A DNA stretch of 64,000 nt from a virus (IMGVR_UViG_3300027533_000667:1-64000); one strand, 5' to 3'. Positions 1-9,037 are shown, numbered from the stretch's first letter. Made by a program: numbers and translations. The notes: generated by a model not told the origin, from the sequence alone.

Positions 1-534
1 ATGACAGTAAACTCCAGAGCAGCAACAGACACGTATGCAGAATGCCAAAGCATCATAGTAGAATCTGCCAAACAGTTCGCCAAGCGATACTGTCAGCGTG
101 ATGTCGAAGAAATAATCTCAATGGCGCATTTCTTCTACTTCAAAGCGTATTTGAAATACGACTACACGCTAGGCGTTCCATTCGATCTGTACTGTCGTCA
201 ACAGATATGGTATGGGTTAAGGGAGTATAATCGAAAGTTGCGATTCAACCACATTCGATGCCCTAGAGTAGAGATGCCTGAGCATATCAACCCACCGAAG
301 AAATCTCTCTTCGATCTTAACTGCTTCATGCTGAATATGTCCGATGATGCCTGTACGGTAGTCCGTGAACTGCTATCAAGCAGATCGGACCCGTACTTCG
401 TGATCGTAGGACCGAAAGGTCTGATCCGATCAAGAGGCAAAAGACGAGCGATGCGAGACTACATGAAAGATATGGGCTGGAGCGACGAACGAATCAATTA
501 CGCCTTTGTCGAAATAAAGGAGCGCTTACGATGA
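1..534 (+). CDS. Sigma-70/ECF-like phage sigma factor (regions 2 and 4 only)
   Basis: DVEEIISMAHFFYFKAYLKYDYTLGVPFDLYCRQQIWYGLREYNRK resembles sigma region 2; C-terminal helical HTH-like segment; starts at the window edge. Confidence 0.5.
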   Translation: MTVNSRAATDTYAECQSIIVESAKQFAKRYCQRDVEEIISMAHFFYFKAYLKYDYTLGVPFDLYCRQQIWYGLREYNRKLRFNHIRCPRVEMPEHINPPKKSLFDLNCFMLNMSDDACTVVRELLSSRSDPYFVIVGPKGLIRSRGKRRAMRDYMKDMGWSDERINYAFVEIKERLR

Positions 535-782
535 AAAAGAAAAAACGACAACTATCATCATCAGCACTTTGCAAATACACTTACCCGGATCAAATGTCAC
601 CGGAAGTGTATGTCCTAATCAGAGAGCATGTTCGATTGCTACTACCCAACGGCAACTTCTTCGAGATCAAACCAATTAAAGATGGCATAGAAATACGACA
701 CATAGATTTGAAAGCCGCGGGCAGAATGTTAATAAGACCCCACGTTGCAAATGTAGTCGATATAATCGAGGTTGATTTATGA
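531..782 (+). CDS. Hypothetical protein
   Basis: ATGA overlaps at both ends. Confidence 0.6.
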   Translation: MKKKKRQLSSSALCKYTYPDQMSPEVYVLIREHVRLLLPNGNFFEIKPIKDGIEIRHIDLKAAGRMLIRPHVANVVDIIEVDL

Positions 783-967
783 ACGACGACATGAGATGGA
801 TTGTCGTAGAGTTCGTCCAGCAATCTTTTGCCCACAATTGCAGTTTTGATGTTACTGCCTATTCACTGGAAGAAGACGCTCGTAAATCATTCGATGAAAA
901 CGCCGACGACAAAAACATAACCAAAGTGCTTATTCACGGAACGGTGGTGGAAAAGAATGAAAACTGA
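779..967 (+). CDS. Hypothetical protein
   Basis: Coupled ORF in operon. Confidence 0.5.
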   Translation: MNDDMRWIVVEFVQQSFAHNCSFDVTAYSLEEDARKSFDENADDKNITKVLIHGTVVEKNEN

Positions 968-1127
968 ACCATACTACGTCCACGTCACACTTAGCATCCC
1001 TGCCGATCTTAGGCGAGATATGGATTTATTGCTTCGTAACGTAAACTGGTCAGAAGTGTTTGCAAATCGAATGCGTGAATTATGCGATCAAAAGAAAATA
1101 GAACTTGAATTGATGTCCGGTGGATAA
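957..1127 (+). CDS. Small ribbon-helix-helix (CopG-like) DNA-binding protein, 56 aa; not in the ORF track
   Basis: Hand translation MKTEPYYVHVTLSIPADLRRDMDLLLRNVNWSEVFANRMRELCDQKKIELELMSGG; strand-helix-NWSE-helix pattern. Confidence 0.5.
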   Translation: MKTEPYYVHVTLSIPADLRRDMDLLLRNVNWSEVFANRMRELCDQKKIELELMSGG

Positions 1128-1133
1128 ATCACT

Positions 1134-2522
1134 ATGAAAAAAATTAAGCCGTATCGGTATCAGCGAATAGGCATCAAGCAGCTACATCGCAAATTCGATG
1201 GCCGTGCGATTGTGGCAGACGAGCAGGGACTTGGCAAAACGATGCAAATTCTTTGGTATGCACGTAAGTATCTTAGACCATCGCCAGTAGTCGTGATCTG
1301 TCCGGCTCATGCAAAAGAGATATGGCGACGAGAGGCAGCAAAACATGTTGGTATCCGTGCTGAGATTCTCTCATCCGAAAAGCCGCCACGACATCAACCT
1401 CAAAATCGCAAGCGCCTATTCGTCATCAACTACGACATTCTGATTTACTGGCTGGATTGGCTGCTGGAACTGAATCCGACGCTTGTTGTTGCCGACGAGG
1501 CGCACTATCTCAAATCCATGACTGCGCTACGAACTAAAGCATGGATCAGATTGTGCCAGGATGCCCCACACGTCATAGTCGCCACCGGCACCCCGATCAT
1601 CAACGATCATGCCGACCTGTTCCCATTGCTCCATGTGCTAGACCCAAAACGGTTTCCAGCACTAATGCCTTTCTCAATGAAGTATTGCCGGCCTTATATG
1701 TATCGTGGTCGATGGCAACACAAAGGAGCAAAGAACCACAAGAAGCTGAACAGGATTCTGCGGAAGCGGTATATGATCCGTCGTCTCAAGAAAAACGTAA
1801 TGGATGATCTGCCGGATAAAATCATCAGTGTTGTACCACTCGTATTGAATACTAAACAACGCAAAGAATACGATGAGGCAGAACGTGATCTAGTCCGATG
1901 GCTTTACAAAACCAGCCCACAAGCCGCCAAACGTGCGCGGCGGAATGAACGTCTAGCAAAATTCCATTATCTCAGCAGACTCGCAGTTGAACTCACAATA
2001 TCGGCAAGGAAGCGATGGTTGGAGGACTTCCATGAAGAGTCTGCCGGAAAGATCATAGTCTTCGGATGGCACAAATCTGTCCTGAAAGACTTGCACGAGA
2101 CGTTCCCCAAAAGTGTACTAATCACTGGTGACACGCCTATCAAGAAGCGTCAGCAACGTACCGACAAATTCAACAGAGACAAAACTACGATAAACTTGTT
2201 CGGCAATTTACAAGCTGCCGGAACTGCTTGGAGTTGCACGTCATCGTCTACGGTTGCATTCTTTGAAACTGGATGGACAGCGGCTGATCACAATCAGGCA
2301 ATTGATAGAGTCCATGGAATCGGTCGAGGAATCAAAGGACAAAAGGTGCTGATATACTGGCACGTCGCTCAAGACACTATCGAAGAGGATAAATGCAAAA
2401 TCCTACAGAAGAAGCAAAGGATCGCAGATAGTACGTTGGATGGTAAGCATAAAGCCATAGCAGATAACGAGAGCATATATGATGCACTCGAACGTCGATT
2501 GCTCAAGCGGAGACACAAATGA
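1134..2522 (+). CDS. SNF2-family (SMARCAL1/HARP-like) helicase
   Basis: DEQGLGKT Walker A, VADEAH Walker B, ATGTP motif III, C-terminal QAIDRVHGIG. Confidence 0.9.
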   Translation: MKKIKPYRYQRIGIKQLHRKFDGRAIVADEQGLGKTMQILWYARKYLRPSPVVVICPAHAKEIWRREAAKHVGIRAEILSSEKPPRHQPQNRKRLFVINYDILIYWLDWLLELNPTLVVADEAHYLKSMTALRTKAWIRLCQDAPHVIVATGTPIINDHADLFPLLHVLDPKRFPALMPFSMKYCRPYMYRGRWQHKGAKNHKKLNRILRKRYMIRRLKKNVMDDLPDKIISVVPLVLNTKQRKEYDEAERDLVRWLYKTSPQAAKRARRNERLAKFHYLSRLAVELTISARKRWLEDFHEESAGKIIVFGWHKSVLKDLHETFPKSVLITGDTPIKKRQQRTDKFNRDKTTINLFGNLQAAGTAWSCTSSSTVAFFETGWTAADHNQAIDRVHGIGRGIKGQKVLIYWHVAQDTIEEDKCKILQKKQRIADSTLDGKHKAIADNESIYDALERRLLKRRHK

Positions 2523-2800
2523 AGCAGATATTCATGGGTAACGCTAATTGCAAATGCACTGGCAGTCAAATCGCAGAAGCGTATCAACTTCTCGCTGAGA
2601 CATTGGAAATTATAAGTGGATTGCAGCAAATGCAATCATACCCAAACGATCTACGTTGTGTCGGCGAAACTGACAAAGAAATGAAAGTCAGGCAACAGAG
2701 CGTGGATGAGGATATTGATACGGCAGAACGACGAATCAACGAGAATGCAAAGAAACTGTTTACAATGCTCACTGGCAGAAAAATCAAGCGGAGAAAGTGA
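2519..2800 (+). CDS. Hypothetical protein
   Basis: ATGA overlap with the helicase stop. Confidence 0.6.
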   Translation: MKQIFMGNANCKCTGSQIAEAYQLLAETLEIISGLQQMQSYPNDLRCVGETDKEMKVRQQSVDEDIDTAERRINENAKKLFTMLTGRKIKRRK

Positions 2801-2801
2801 T

Positions 2802-3266
2802 ATGAGTGAAGTTGCTTATGATCCTCTCTACACCGAGAGTAAATCAAAACGACAAGGCAAACGCAGAAAGCTGAACGGCTTTCTGTACTTCCTCAGGCTG
2901 CGTAGAATGACCAGACGAAAATTCACAAACCTCACAGCGAAGCGGAACGAAAAGATTGCCGACGTTGTTGAGTGTTTAATGATGTTATACTGCAGCAATC
3001 CAGAACAATTTGAGCAAAGTCTATATAACGCCGGCCTGCTTGCGATAGGAACACCCGACAATCGAAGGAAGAAGAAGCAGTGCAGATTCTTTGTCCGAAA
3101 CTTACGACCAGCAACGAAAGAGAAATTCAAAGGAATGACAGAGCAGAGAGGCACTGAAATGACAAGCATTATGGGTGCCATGATGCTTATGTATTGCAGG
3201 AACCCGGAAATCATTCGAGCCTATCTGCCAGAAGTCAAAACAAACAGAATGAGGAGCAACAAATGA
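2802..3266 (+). CDS. Putative tandem ribbon-helix-helix protein
   Basis: Two internal repeats ending LMMLYCSNPE and MMLMYCRNPE; start moved to ATG 2802, right after the upstream stop. Confidence 0.5.
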   Translation: MSEVAYDPLYTESKSKRQGKRRKLNGFLYFLRLRRMTRRKFTNLTAKRNEKIADVVECLMMLYCSNPEQFEQSLYNAGLLAIGTPDNRRKKKQCRFFVRNLRPATKEKFKGMTEQRGTEMTSIMGAMMLMYCRNPEIIRAYLPEVKTNRMRSNK

Positions 3267-3441
3267 TATTCTGGATCATAGTCGCATCAATCGTGTTAGT
3301 TACTGCTTTTGCAGTAGCAGTAACAGCCGAAGCTTATGGAGGTCAGCATCCATTGTGGATTTGCGTTTGGGTTATACTCATGACATTGATAACCAAAAAC
3401 CTAATTATGTGCTTCCTGAAACGATGAGGAGCAACAAATGA
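3249..3441 (+). repeat. 18-bp perfect direct repeat ATGAGGAGCAACAAATGA at 3249-3266 and 3424-3441
   Basis: Read directly; each copy contains an AGGAG RBS and an overlapping ATGA. Confidence 0.9.
3263..3427 (+). CDS. Small two-TM membrane protein (54 aa)
   Basis: MIFWIIVASIVLVTAFAVAV...LWICVWVILMTLI; RBS supplied by the repeat. Confidence 0.55.
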   Translation: MIFWIIVASIVLVTAFAVAVTAEAYGGQHPLWICVWVILMTLITKNLIMCFLKR

Positions 3442-4310
3442 CTCTAATCGAGATTCTTGACGAGTTGAACATCCCAACCGCTCCCGAAGATCATCATCAT
3501 TGCCGCGAAGGCTGGATTCAAACTGACTGTCCTTACTGCTCACCAGACACACAGCGATGGCGCTTAGGCATCAATGAGCAACACTTCTACTGCAACTGCT
3601 GGAGTTGTGGTCGGCATAGTCTGACTGAAGCGCTGTCGATGTTATCATCCACACAGAAGCGGGATGTATGGCAGATATTGGAACAAGCCGACAGACGCAC
3701 AACGAAACATGAACAGATTATAGGTACGCTGAAGATACCTTCCGAAGTCGGCAAGTTAGAAGAATCGCACAAACGGTATCTAAGAAGCCGAAAGTTCAAC
3801 CCAAACGAGATCGTTCGATTGTGGGGAATTCAAGGCATTGCCTTATCGACTAGACTGGCTTGGCGTATCTTCATCCCGATTCATCTCAACGGCGAGGTCG
3901 TCAGCTGGACGACTAGATCGATCAGCGAGAACGTAGAACCTCGATACTACTCTGCCAAGCTGATTGAAGAAAAGATTCATCACAAGAAACTGCTGTACGG
4001 CGAAGACTACGCACGGCATTCGATATGTGTCGTTGAAGGTCCGTTGGATGTCTGGAGCATAGGACCTGGGGCAGTAGCAACGTGTGGGACTGGTTTGATG
4101 GGAGATGCTCAAGTTGCCAGGATCGCCAAGTATCCTGTGAGATACATCTGCTTCGACAGTGAACGTGAGGCACAGAAGAGAGCCAACAAACTTGCCGATG
4201 ATCTGGCTGTGTTCCCTGGAAAGACGACGATCTTGCAATTTGAAACAGGCAAAGATGCAAACTCGGCATCCAAATCCGAGATCAAACAAATTAGGAAAAT
4301 GCTCAAATGA
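3438..4310 (+). CDS. DNA primase (Zn finger + TOPRIM)
   Basis: CPYC...CWSC zinc finger; VEGPLD and CFDSE TOPRIM motifs. Confidence 0.9.
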   Translation: MTLIEILDELNIPTAPEDHHHCREGWIQTDCPYCSPDTQRWRLGINEQHFYCNCWSCGRHSLTEALSMLSSTQKRDVWQILEQADRRTTKHEQIIGTLKIPSEVGKLEESHKRYLRSRKFNPNEIVRLWGIQGIALSTRLAWRIFIPIHLNGEVVSWTTRSISENVEPRYYSAKLIEEKIHHKKLLYGEDYARHSICVVEGPLDVWSIGPGAVATCGTGLMGDAQVARIAKYPVRYICFDSEREAQKRANKLADDLAVFPGKTTILQFETGKDANSASKSEIKQIRKMLK

Positions 4311-4801
4311 AAAACAAAGTAACTGCAAGTATCACATCAAAAGGCATGAAATCAGACGAAATGTCGTTCTATAGAAAAATAGTATCAGCATACGCTCCAG
4401 GGCAGTGGATTCAATTGCCAAGACCTTTTCTTCATTTCCTTAACAGGGATGAAGCCATCGCTCTGTCAGCCCTATTCGACAAAGCGGATAGACTAATAGC
4501 AAGAGAGCGTATTCCTAATGGCTGGTTCTATTACACAATGGAAGATATGGAGATTGATACCGGCATGGATAGAAATGTCCAGCAAAGAGTAATAAACAGC
4601 CTAATCAAAAAACGGATCATACAAAAGGAAAGACGAGGGATTCCAGCAAAACGACATTTCAAATTGATGGTTGATAAGATCAATGATCTTGTTACTGAGG
4701 CAGTAGAGCACATAGACGAGCAAAAAAGAAGAATGCACAAAAACGAACGCAAGGCTTTGAAACAAAAATTGATCGAAGAACTAGAAGATGATGGTGATTA
4801 A
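4307..4801 (+). CDS. Replication initiator-like HTH protein (N-terminal, lambda O/replisome-organiser type)
   Basis: GWFYYTMEDMEIDTGMDRNVQQRVINSLIKKRIIQKERRGIPAKRHF wHTH pattern; lies between primase and helicase. Confidence 0.6.
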   Translation: MKNKVTASITSKGMKSDEMSFYRKIVSAYAPGQWIQLPRPFLHFLNRDEAIALSALFDKADRLIARERIPNGWFYYTMEDMEIDTGMDRNVQQRVINSLIKKRIIQKERRGIPAKRHFKLMVDKINDLVTEAVEHIDEQKRRMHKNERKALKQKLIEELEDDGD

Positions 4802-4825
4802 TGCCTGCCTCAGTTTACTTACTTC

Positions 4826-4869
4826 TCAGTTGTACAGATTACTGGAAAGTGAGTAATCTGTACAACTGA
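4826..4869. repeat. Perfect 18-bp inverted repeat with 8-nt spacer (candidate origin element)
   Basis: TCAGTTGTACAGATTACT (4826-4843) / AGTAATCTGTACAACTGA (4852-4869). Confidence 0.9.
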
Positions 4870-4922
4870 CTTCTGAGTAATCTATATACCAGAAGTAATA
4901 TAAGAAGAAACAACCAGAATAA

Positions 4923-4946
4923 GTGGTGATTCTGGCGAATCACCAC
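4923..4946. repeat. Perfect 10-bp inverted repeat over the putative GTG start
   Basis: GTGGTGATTC-tggc-GAATCACCAC. Confidence 0.85.
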
Positions 4947-5723
4947 GGAAAGGATTTTATGGGATTTGTTGATATGCCGAAACCTAACATATCACCATTC
5001 AATCTGAAATGTTCCCATCGCTTGGCAGATGTAGTAAGAAAGCAAAGAAAAGTAATGCGTCCCATTTATCCAAAAGTATGGGCACGAGACTTTGCCAAAC
5101 TTCGATCCGTTGACGGCTTAAAAAAGAAACACATACGCAAAGTGCTGGATTGGTATCTGCTCCATCTAGGTGAGGAGTATATCCCACAAGCTTATTCAGC
5201 CAAAGGCTTCCGTGAGAAGTTTGAAGCCATAGAAAGGGCTATGTTGCGAGATCAGAAGCGCAACCCCCAACTGACAATCTCCGATCTTGCCAAAGAGATC
5301 GCCGGTAATTGCCGGAATGTGAACTGGCCAAAAGGATCAGATGCCAAACTACCAATAGCTGTGCAGCTGTCGCTGGACAACTTCGTGAAGTTGCACAAAG
5401 CCCATTCGGAGTACGGAAAAGAGTTGGAGAAATTGTCTAGGAACAAAAGTGCCAATATCTCGCTGTGTTCTTTTTGGATGACGATGAGTACCGAACTGCA
5501 TAACGCCAAATCGTTCATCATGCGATGGTTCACGATCTACATTCACAAACGCAGAGCAAAATGGAAAGATTGGAACGGTGATCTAGTGAAAGACGCGTTC
5601 AGCAAGGATCATCCATTCTTCCAAGAGATCGGCAAAAAGCTATCTAACGACTTTTCTGGCTCGCTGCAACATTGGAAGACATACATGGAGAGGATAAATG
5701 AGTTTCTTAAAAATGACGACTGA
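4923..5723 (+). CDS. Protein resembling the C-terminal (helicase-recruiting) domain of lambda O-type initiators; start uncertain
   Basis: WARDFAKLRSVDG...HIRKVLDWY...YSAKGFREKFEAI resembles the O-family pattern W..D.rlm...DG...I.....W...S..klRek. Confidence 0.5.
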   Translation: MVILANHHGKDFMGFVDMPKPNISPFNLKCSHRLADVVRKQRKVMRPIYPKVWARDFAKLRSVDGLKKKHIRKVLDWYLLHLGEEYIPQAYSAKGFREKFEAIERAMLRDQKRNPQLTISDLAKEIAGNCRNVNWPKGSDAKLPIAVQLSLDNFVKLHKAHSEYGKELEKLSRNKSANISLCSFWMTMSTELHNAKSFIMRWFTIYIHKRRAKWKDWNGDLVKDAFSKDHPFFQEIGKKLSNDFSGSLQHWKTYMERINEFLKNDD

Positions 5724-6426
5724 GCCTAAGAGTCTGAAACATAGCAAAGTAATCCAAGGTGATTGCCTGTCCGTTTTGCAGGATATAAAATCAAACACCT
5801 TTGATTCTATAATCACGGACCCTCCATATGGCATCGTAAACAAGTTTGGAATAAACAAGAACAGCAAAGGCACAAGGACGTTAGAGTTCGAGTGGGATGA
5901 TGAGGATACGAGTCAAATGGTATCAGATGCTTTGTCTTTATCTCTCAATTTGTGTAAACCAACTGCCTCTATATTTGTATTTACAAGCATAGACATTATA
6001 GGACAATTGATTCCGGTTGTTAGAGATCATGGGTTTACAGTTAAACCAGCAGCGTGGATCAAAAAATGCCCACCACCAGCTGGAAAAGGCAATTGGTGGC
6101 CATCCGGGTTTGAACTGGCATTTTATGGGTACAGGGGCAATCCTTGGTTTGGAGATAAAAATAGAAAACGATCTAACGTGTTTACTTATGATTCTATGCG
6201 GTTTGGTCAGCCAGGGAAAAACGGACATCCAACCCAAAAGCCTATTGCGCTGATGAGAAAAATAGTCAGAAGTATATGCCCAAGCGACGGGCTTGTGCTT
6301 GATCCATTTGCTGGCAGTGGTTCTACTTTAGAAGCTTGTGCTTTAGAAGGTAGACGTTTTGTAGGAATAGAAATCAACAAGAAATATGTTGATTTGATTT
6401 GGAGAAGGCTTCGTAGGTTTCAGTAA
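5713..6426 (+). CDS. DNA N6-adenine/N4-cytosine methyltransferase, beta class
   Basis: TDPPY before HPTQKP and DPFAGSGST; visibly more AT-rich than its neighbours. Confidence 0.9.
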   Translation: MTTEPKSLKHSKVIQGDCLSVLQDIKSNTFDSIITDPPYGIVNKFGINKNSKGTRTLEFEWDDEDTSQMVSDALSLSLNLCKPTASIFVFTSIDIIGQLIPVVRDHGFTVKPAAWIKKCPPPAGKGNWWPSGFELAFYGYRGNPWFGDKNRKRSNVFTYDSMRFGQPGKNGHPTQKPIALMRKIVRSICPSDGLVLDPFAGSGSTLEACALEGRRFVGIEINKKYVDLIWRRLRRFQ

Positions 6427-6438
6427 TGGAGTGCATCA

Positions 6439-7833
6439 ATGCGCGTTGTTGAGAAGAAAAGCGGAAATATCGAACGAACGATCTTAGTTGCAATGATCGT
6501 AAGTCGTTACGTTTTATCCAAAATCTCCGCCCATTGGGAAAAAGGCGGGTTTTTTGAATCAAAATGGGCGAACCTCATAGCCGGGTGGTGTGTCTCGTAC
6601 TATAGTAAGTACAAGAAACCGCCCGGACCTATGATCGAATCGCTTTTTCGAGATTGGGCCGGAGCGAAAGAAAGGGATGCTGATACCGTGGATATGGTAG
6701 AACGATTCCTGAATCATCTGAACGGTGAGTACAAGCAACGAAAGCGAGGACTCAACGAAGATTACATCATCGACCGTGCTGGTGAGCATTTCAACAAAGC
6801 GCTAGTAGGCATGACCGCCAAGGATATGGAGGACGATCTTGAGGCCGGCGATGTGGAAAAAGCCGTGCAGCGAATGAAGTCTTTCAACAAGATACAATTG
6901 GGCATGGGTCATGGGATTGATTTGCTGTCCGACTTCTCAGCATTGGAGAAAGCATTCGAGTCCAAGAAGGAGCCGATCCTAGAATATCCTATGGCTGCCG
7001 GTGACTTTATTGGCGATGTAATCGAGCGGGATGGATTCGTTATGTTCATCGGACCTGAGAAGCGAGGCAAAAGTCATTGTCTGCTTGATGTCTCATGGAG
7101 GGGGTTCGAGCAACGCAGAAATGTCGCCATGTTCCAAGTAGGCGATATGAGTCAGTCACAGATCGAACGTCGGTTTGTTGTACGAGCGGCAAAACGTCCA
7201 TGGAAGGAGGGTTCGTATCGAGTCCCGATCAAAATAACCAAAGTGGAAGATGGGATGCCGGAGATTCAATATGAGGACAGGCATTGCGAAATGCCTCTAA
7301 CTTTCAAAGAAGGACGGAAAGCATACAATCGAGCAAAAAAGAAATATGCTCCTGGATCAATCAAACTCAGCGTTCATCCAAGTGGAAGCATCAATGTCCC
7401 ACAAATCCGAAGCATTATTCGAGATTGGGAAGAACATGAACAATGGGTGCCGGATATCGTTGTGATTGACTACGCCGATATTCTGGCTCCAATAGACCGC
7501 AAAGCAGATAAACGGGATCAGATCAATGAATCGTGGATCGCCATGCGGGGTCTGTCTCAAGAATTGCATTGCTGTGTAGTTACTGCCACACAATCCGATG
7601 CTGATAGCTATGATGCTAAACTGATCAGTATGAAAAATTTCAGCGAAGACCACCGTAAGTGGGCGCACGTCACGGCAGCTATCGGCATAAATCAAGACGA
7701 TGAAGAAAAAGAGGCAGGAATATTCAGGCTGAATTTTCCTGTTCGCCGCGAAGGATTCAATTCGCCAAGACGATACGTTACAATTGCTGGCTGTTTGGCT
7801 ATCGGCAACCCGTGCATGAGAAGCGTATTATAA
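6439..7833 (+). CDS. DnaB-like replicative helicase
   Basis: GPEKRGKS Walker A, DIVVIDYAD Walker B, TATQS motif. Confidence 0.85.
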   Translation: MRVVEKKSGNIERTILVAMIVSRYVLSKISAHWEKGGFFESKWANLIAGWCVSYYSKYKKPPGPMIESLFRDWAGAKERDADTVDMVERFLNHLNGEYKQRKRGLNEDYIIDRAGEHFNKALVGMTAKDMEDDLEAGDVEKAVQRMKSFNKIQLGMGHGIDLLSDFSALEKAFESKKEPILEYPMAAGDFIGDVIERDGFVMFIGPEKRGKSHCLLDVSWRGFEQRRNVAMFQVGDMSQSQIERRFVVRAAKRPWKEGSYRVPIKITKVEDGMPEIQYEDRHCEMPLTFKEGRKAYNRAKKKYAPGSIKLSVHPSGSINVPQIRSIIRDWEEHEQWVPDIVVIDYADILAPIDRKADKRDQINESWIAMRGLSQELHCCVVTATQSDADSYDAKLISMKNFSEDHRKWAHVTAAIGINQDDEEKEAGIFRLNFPVRREGFNSPRRYVTIAGCLAIGNPCMRSVL

Positions 7834-7904
7834 TGGCTAAACACAGCAACAAAAAATTCTCAGACTGTCGGTTTTAGCCAACCCGATATGTCCTGAGTAC
7901 CGAA

Positions 7905-7925
7905 TTGCGAGAGCGTTTCTCGCAA
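7905..7925. promoter_or_regulatory. 8-bp inverted repeat (operator-like) upstream of the acidic protein gene
   Basis: TTGCGAGA-gcgtt-TCTCGCAA within a 133-bp intergenic gap. Confidence 0.4.
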
Positions 7926-7966
7926 CTGTTCGCCCTGCTTCAATGTTCCGTTTTTAGGAGTTCTAA

Positions 7967-8980
7967 ATGATGAAGGTCAAACTGAGCAAGCTTCGCGAGT
8001 TGTTCCAAGCCTGTGGCTACGGCAACGCGGCGAAGTGGGATGCCGACAAGATGGCGTCGAAAGTCGGCGACATGGCAGAGCTGATCGACAAGGACACGGC
8101 CGCCGGCATCGAAGACGAGGATTTGCAAAAGCTGTACAAGCAGCTGAAGAAGGCAATGAAGGATGAGGACGAGATCGAGATCATCGAAGGCAAGGACGAC
8201 GATGACAAGCCGAAGAAGAAAAAGAAAGCAAAAGATGACGACGAAGAAGATGATGACGATGATGAGGATGAAGATGATGCCGAAGAAGATGAGGATGGCG
8301 ATGAAGATGCAGATGATGAGGACGACGAGAAGCCTGCCAAGAAGAAGAAAGGCAAGAAGGCAGCGGATGAAGATGATGACGATGACGACGATGACGACGC
8401 CGATGACGATGACGATGCCGACGATGAAGATGACGAAGAGGAAGAAAAGCCGGCAAAAAAGAAGGCAAAGAAGAAACCGGCAAAGGATGAAGACGACGAT
8501 GACGATGACGAAGACGATGATGGAAATGATGGCGAAGACGATGAAGACGATGATGATGACGAAGACGAGAAGCCTACCAAGAAGAAGAAAGGCAAAAAGA
8601 AGAAGGCAGACGATGACGACGATGACGACGACGATGAACCGAAGAAGAAAAAGAAGAAGAAGCTGGGCCGGGCTGGTGGCAAGTCTGGCGGCGTGATCGG
8701 CTACTTCCGAAACTTGCTGAAGAAGGCTGGCGAGGCCGGCACTTTGATGAAAGAGAAGAAAATCAAGGCCGCGCTAGAGAATAAGTTTCCAGATCGCGAC
8801 ATTGATGGTATGATGATTACATTCCGTAGCCAGGTGCCGACACGGTTCTTCAAAGGCGGGGTGTGGGTCCAAGGTAGTCGGGAAGAGGGTTGGATGATCG
8901 TCGGCGAAGGCAAGATTCCGACAGGAATGAAAAAGTGGCGTGGTACGAAGAAGAAGCAGAAGAGCGAAGACGACGAATAA
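7967..8980 (+). CDS. Block-charged low-complexity protein (alternating D/E tracts and KPxKKKK blocks) with folded N- and C-terminal domains
   Basis: 337 aa; AGGAG RBS; five basic blocks separated by acidic tracts; C-terminal domain possibly winged-helix. Confidence 0.85.
   Translation: MMKVKLSKLRELFQACGYGNAAKWDADKMASKVGDMAELIDKDTAAGIEDEDLQKLYKQLKKAMKDEDEIEIIEGKDDDDKPKKKKKAKDDDEEDDDDDEDEDDAEEDEDGDEDADDEDDEKPAKKKKGKKAADEDDDDDDDDDADDDDDADDEDDEEEEKPAKKKAKKKPAKDEDDDDDDEDDDGNDGEDDEDDDDDEDEKPTKKKKGKKKKADDDDDDDDDEPKKKKKKKLGRAGGKSGGVIGYFRNLLKKAGEAGTLMKEKKIKAALENKFPDRDIDGMMITFRSQVPTRFFKGGVWVQGSREEGWMIVGEGKIPTGMKKWRGTKKKQKSEDDE
8193..8319 (+). repeat. Dispersed repeat copy 1 (matches 27299-27410)
   Basis: 8193-8256 identical to 27299-27362 (64 bp); 8267-8319 identical to 27358-27410 (53 bp); net 15-nt indel. 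Confidence 0.9.
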
Positions 8981-9001
8981 ACCCGCCATCCGCGACGACA
9001 T

Positions 9002-9037
9002 GGGCGGACCAGTTGTTCTGGTCCGCCCGTTGTTTTC
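9002..9037 (+). terminator. Rho-independent terminator
   Basis: GGGCGGACCAG-ttgtt-CTGGTCCGCCC then GTTGTTTTC. Confidence 0.75.

Noticed and set aside
8190-8660. Periodic GAT/GAC/GAA runs resembling a CRISPR array or microsatellite
   Set aside because: No constant repeat with unique spacers; the runs are in-frame codons of a protein.
8017-8682. Minus-strand poly-Ser/Phe ORF (also 9216-9476, 27066-27824 and the + strand 45937-46428)
   Set aside because: Antisense shadows of GAY/GAR/AAR codon runs in the real acidic proteins; no RBS and no independent coding signal.
8163-8696. Alternative-frame M/T/K/R-rich ORF, and His/Arg-rich 8181-8483 and 27542-27850
   Set aside because: Frame-shifted readings of the same trinucleotide-like repeats.
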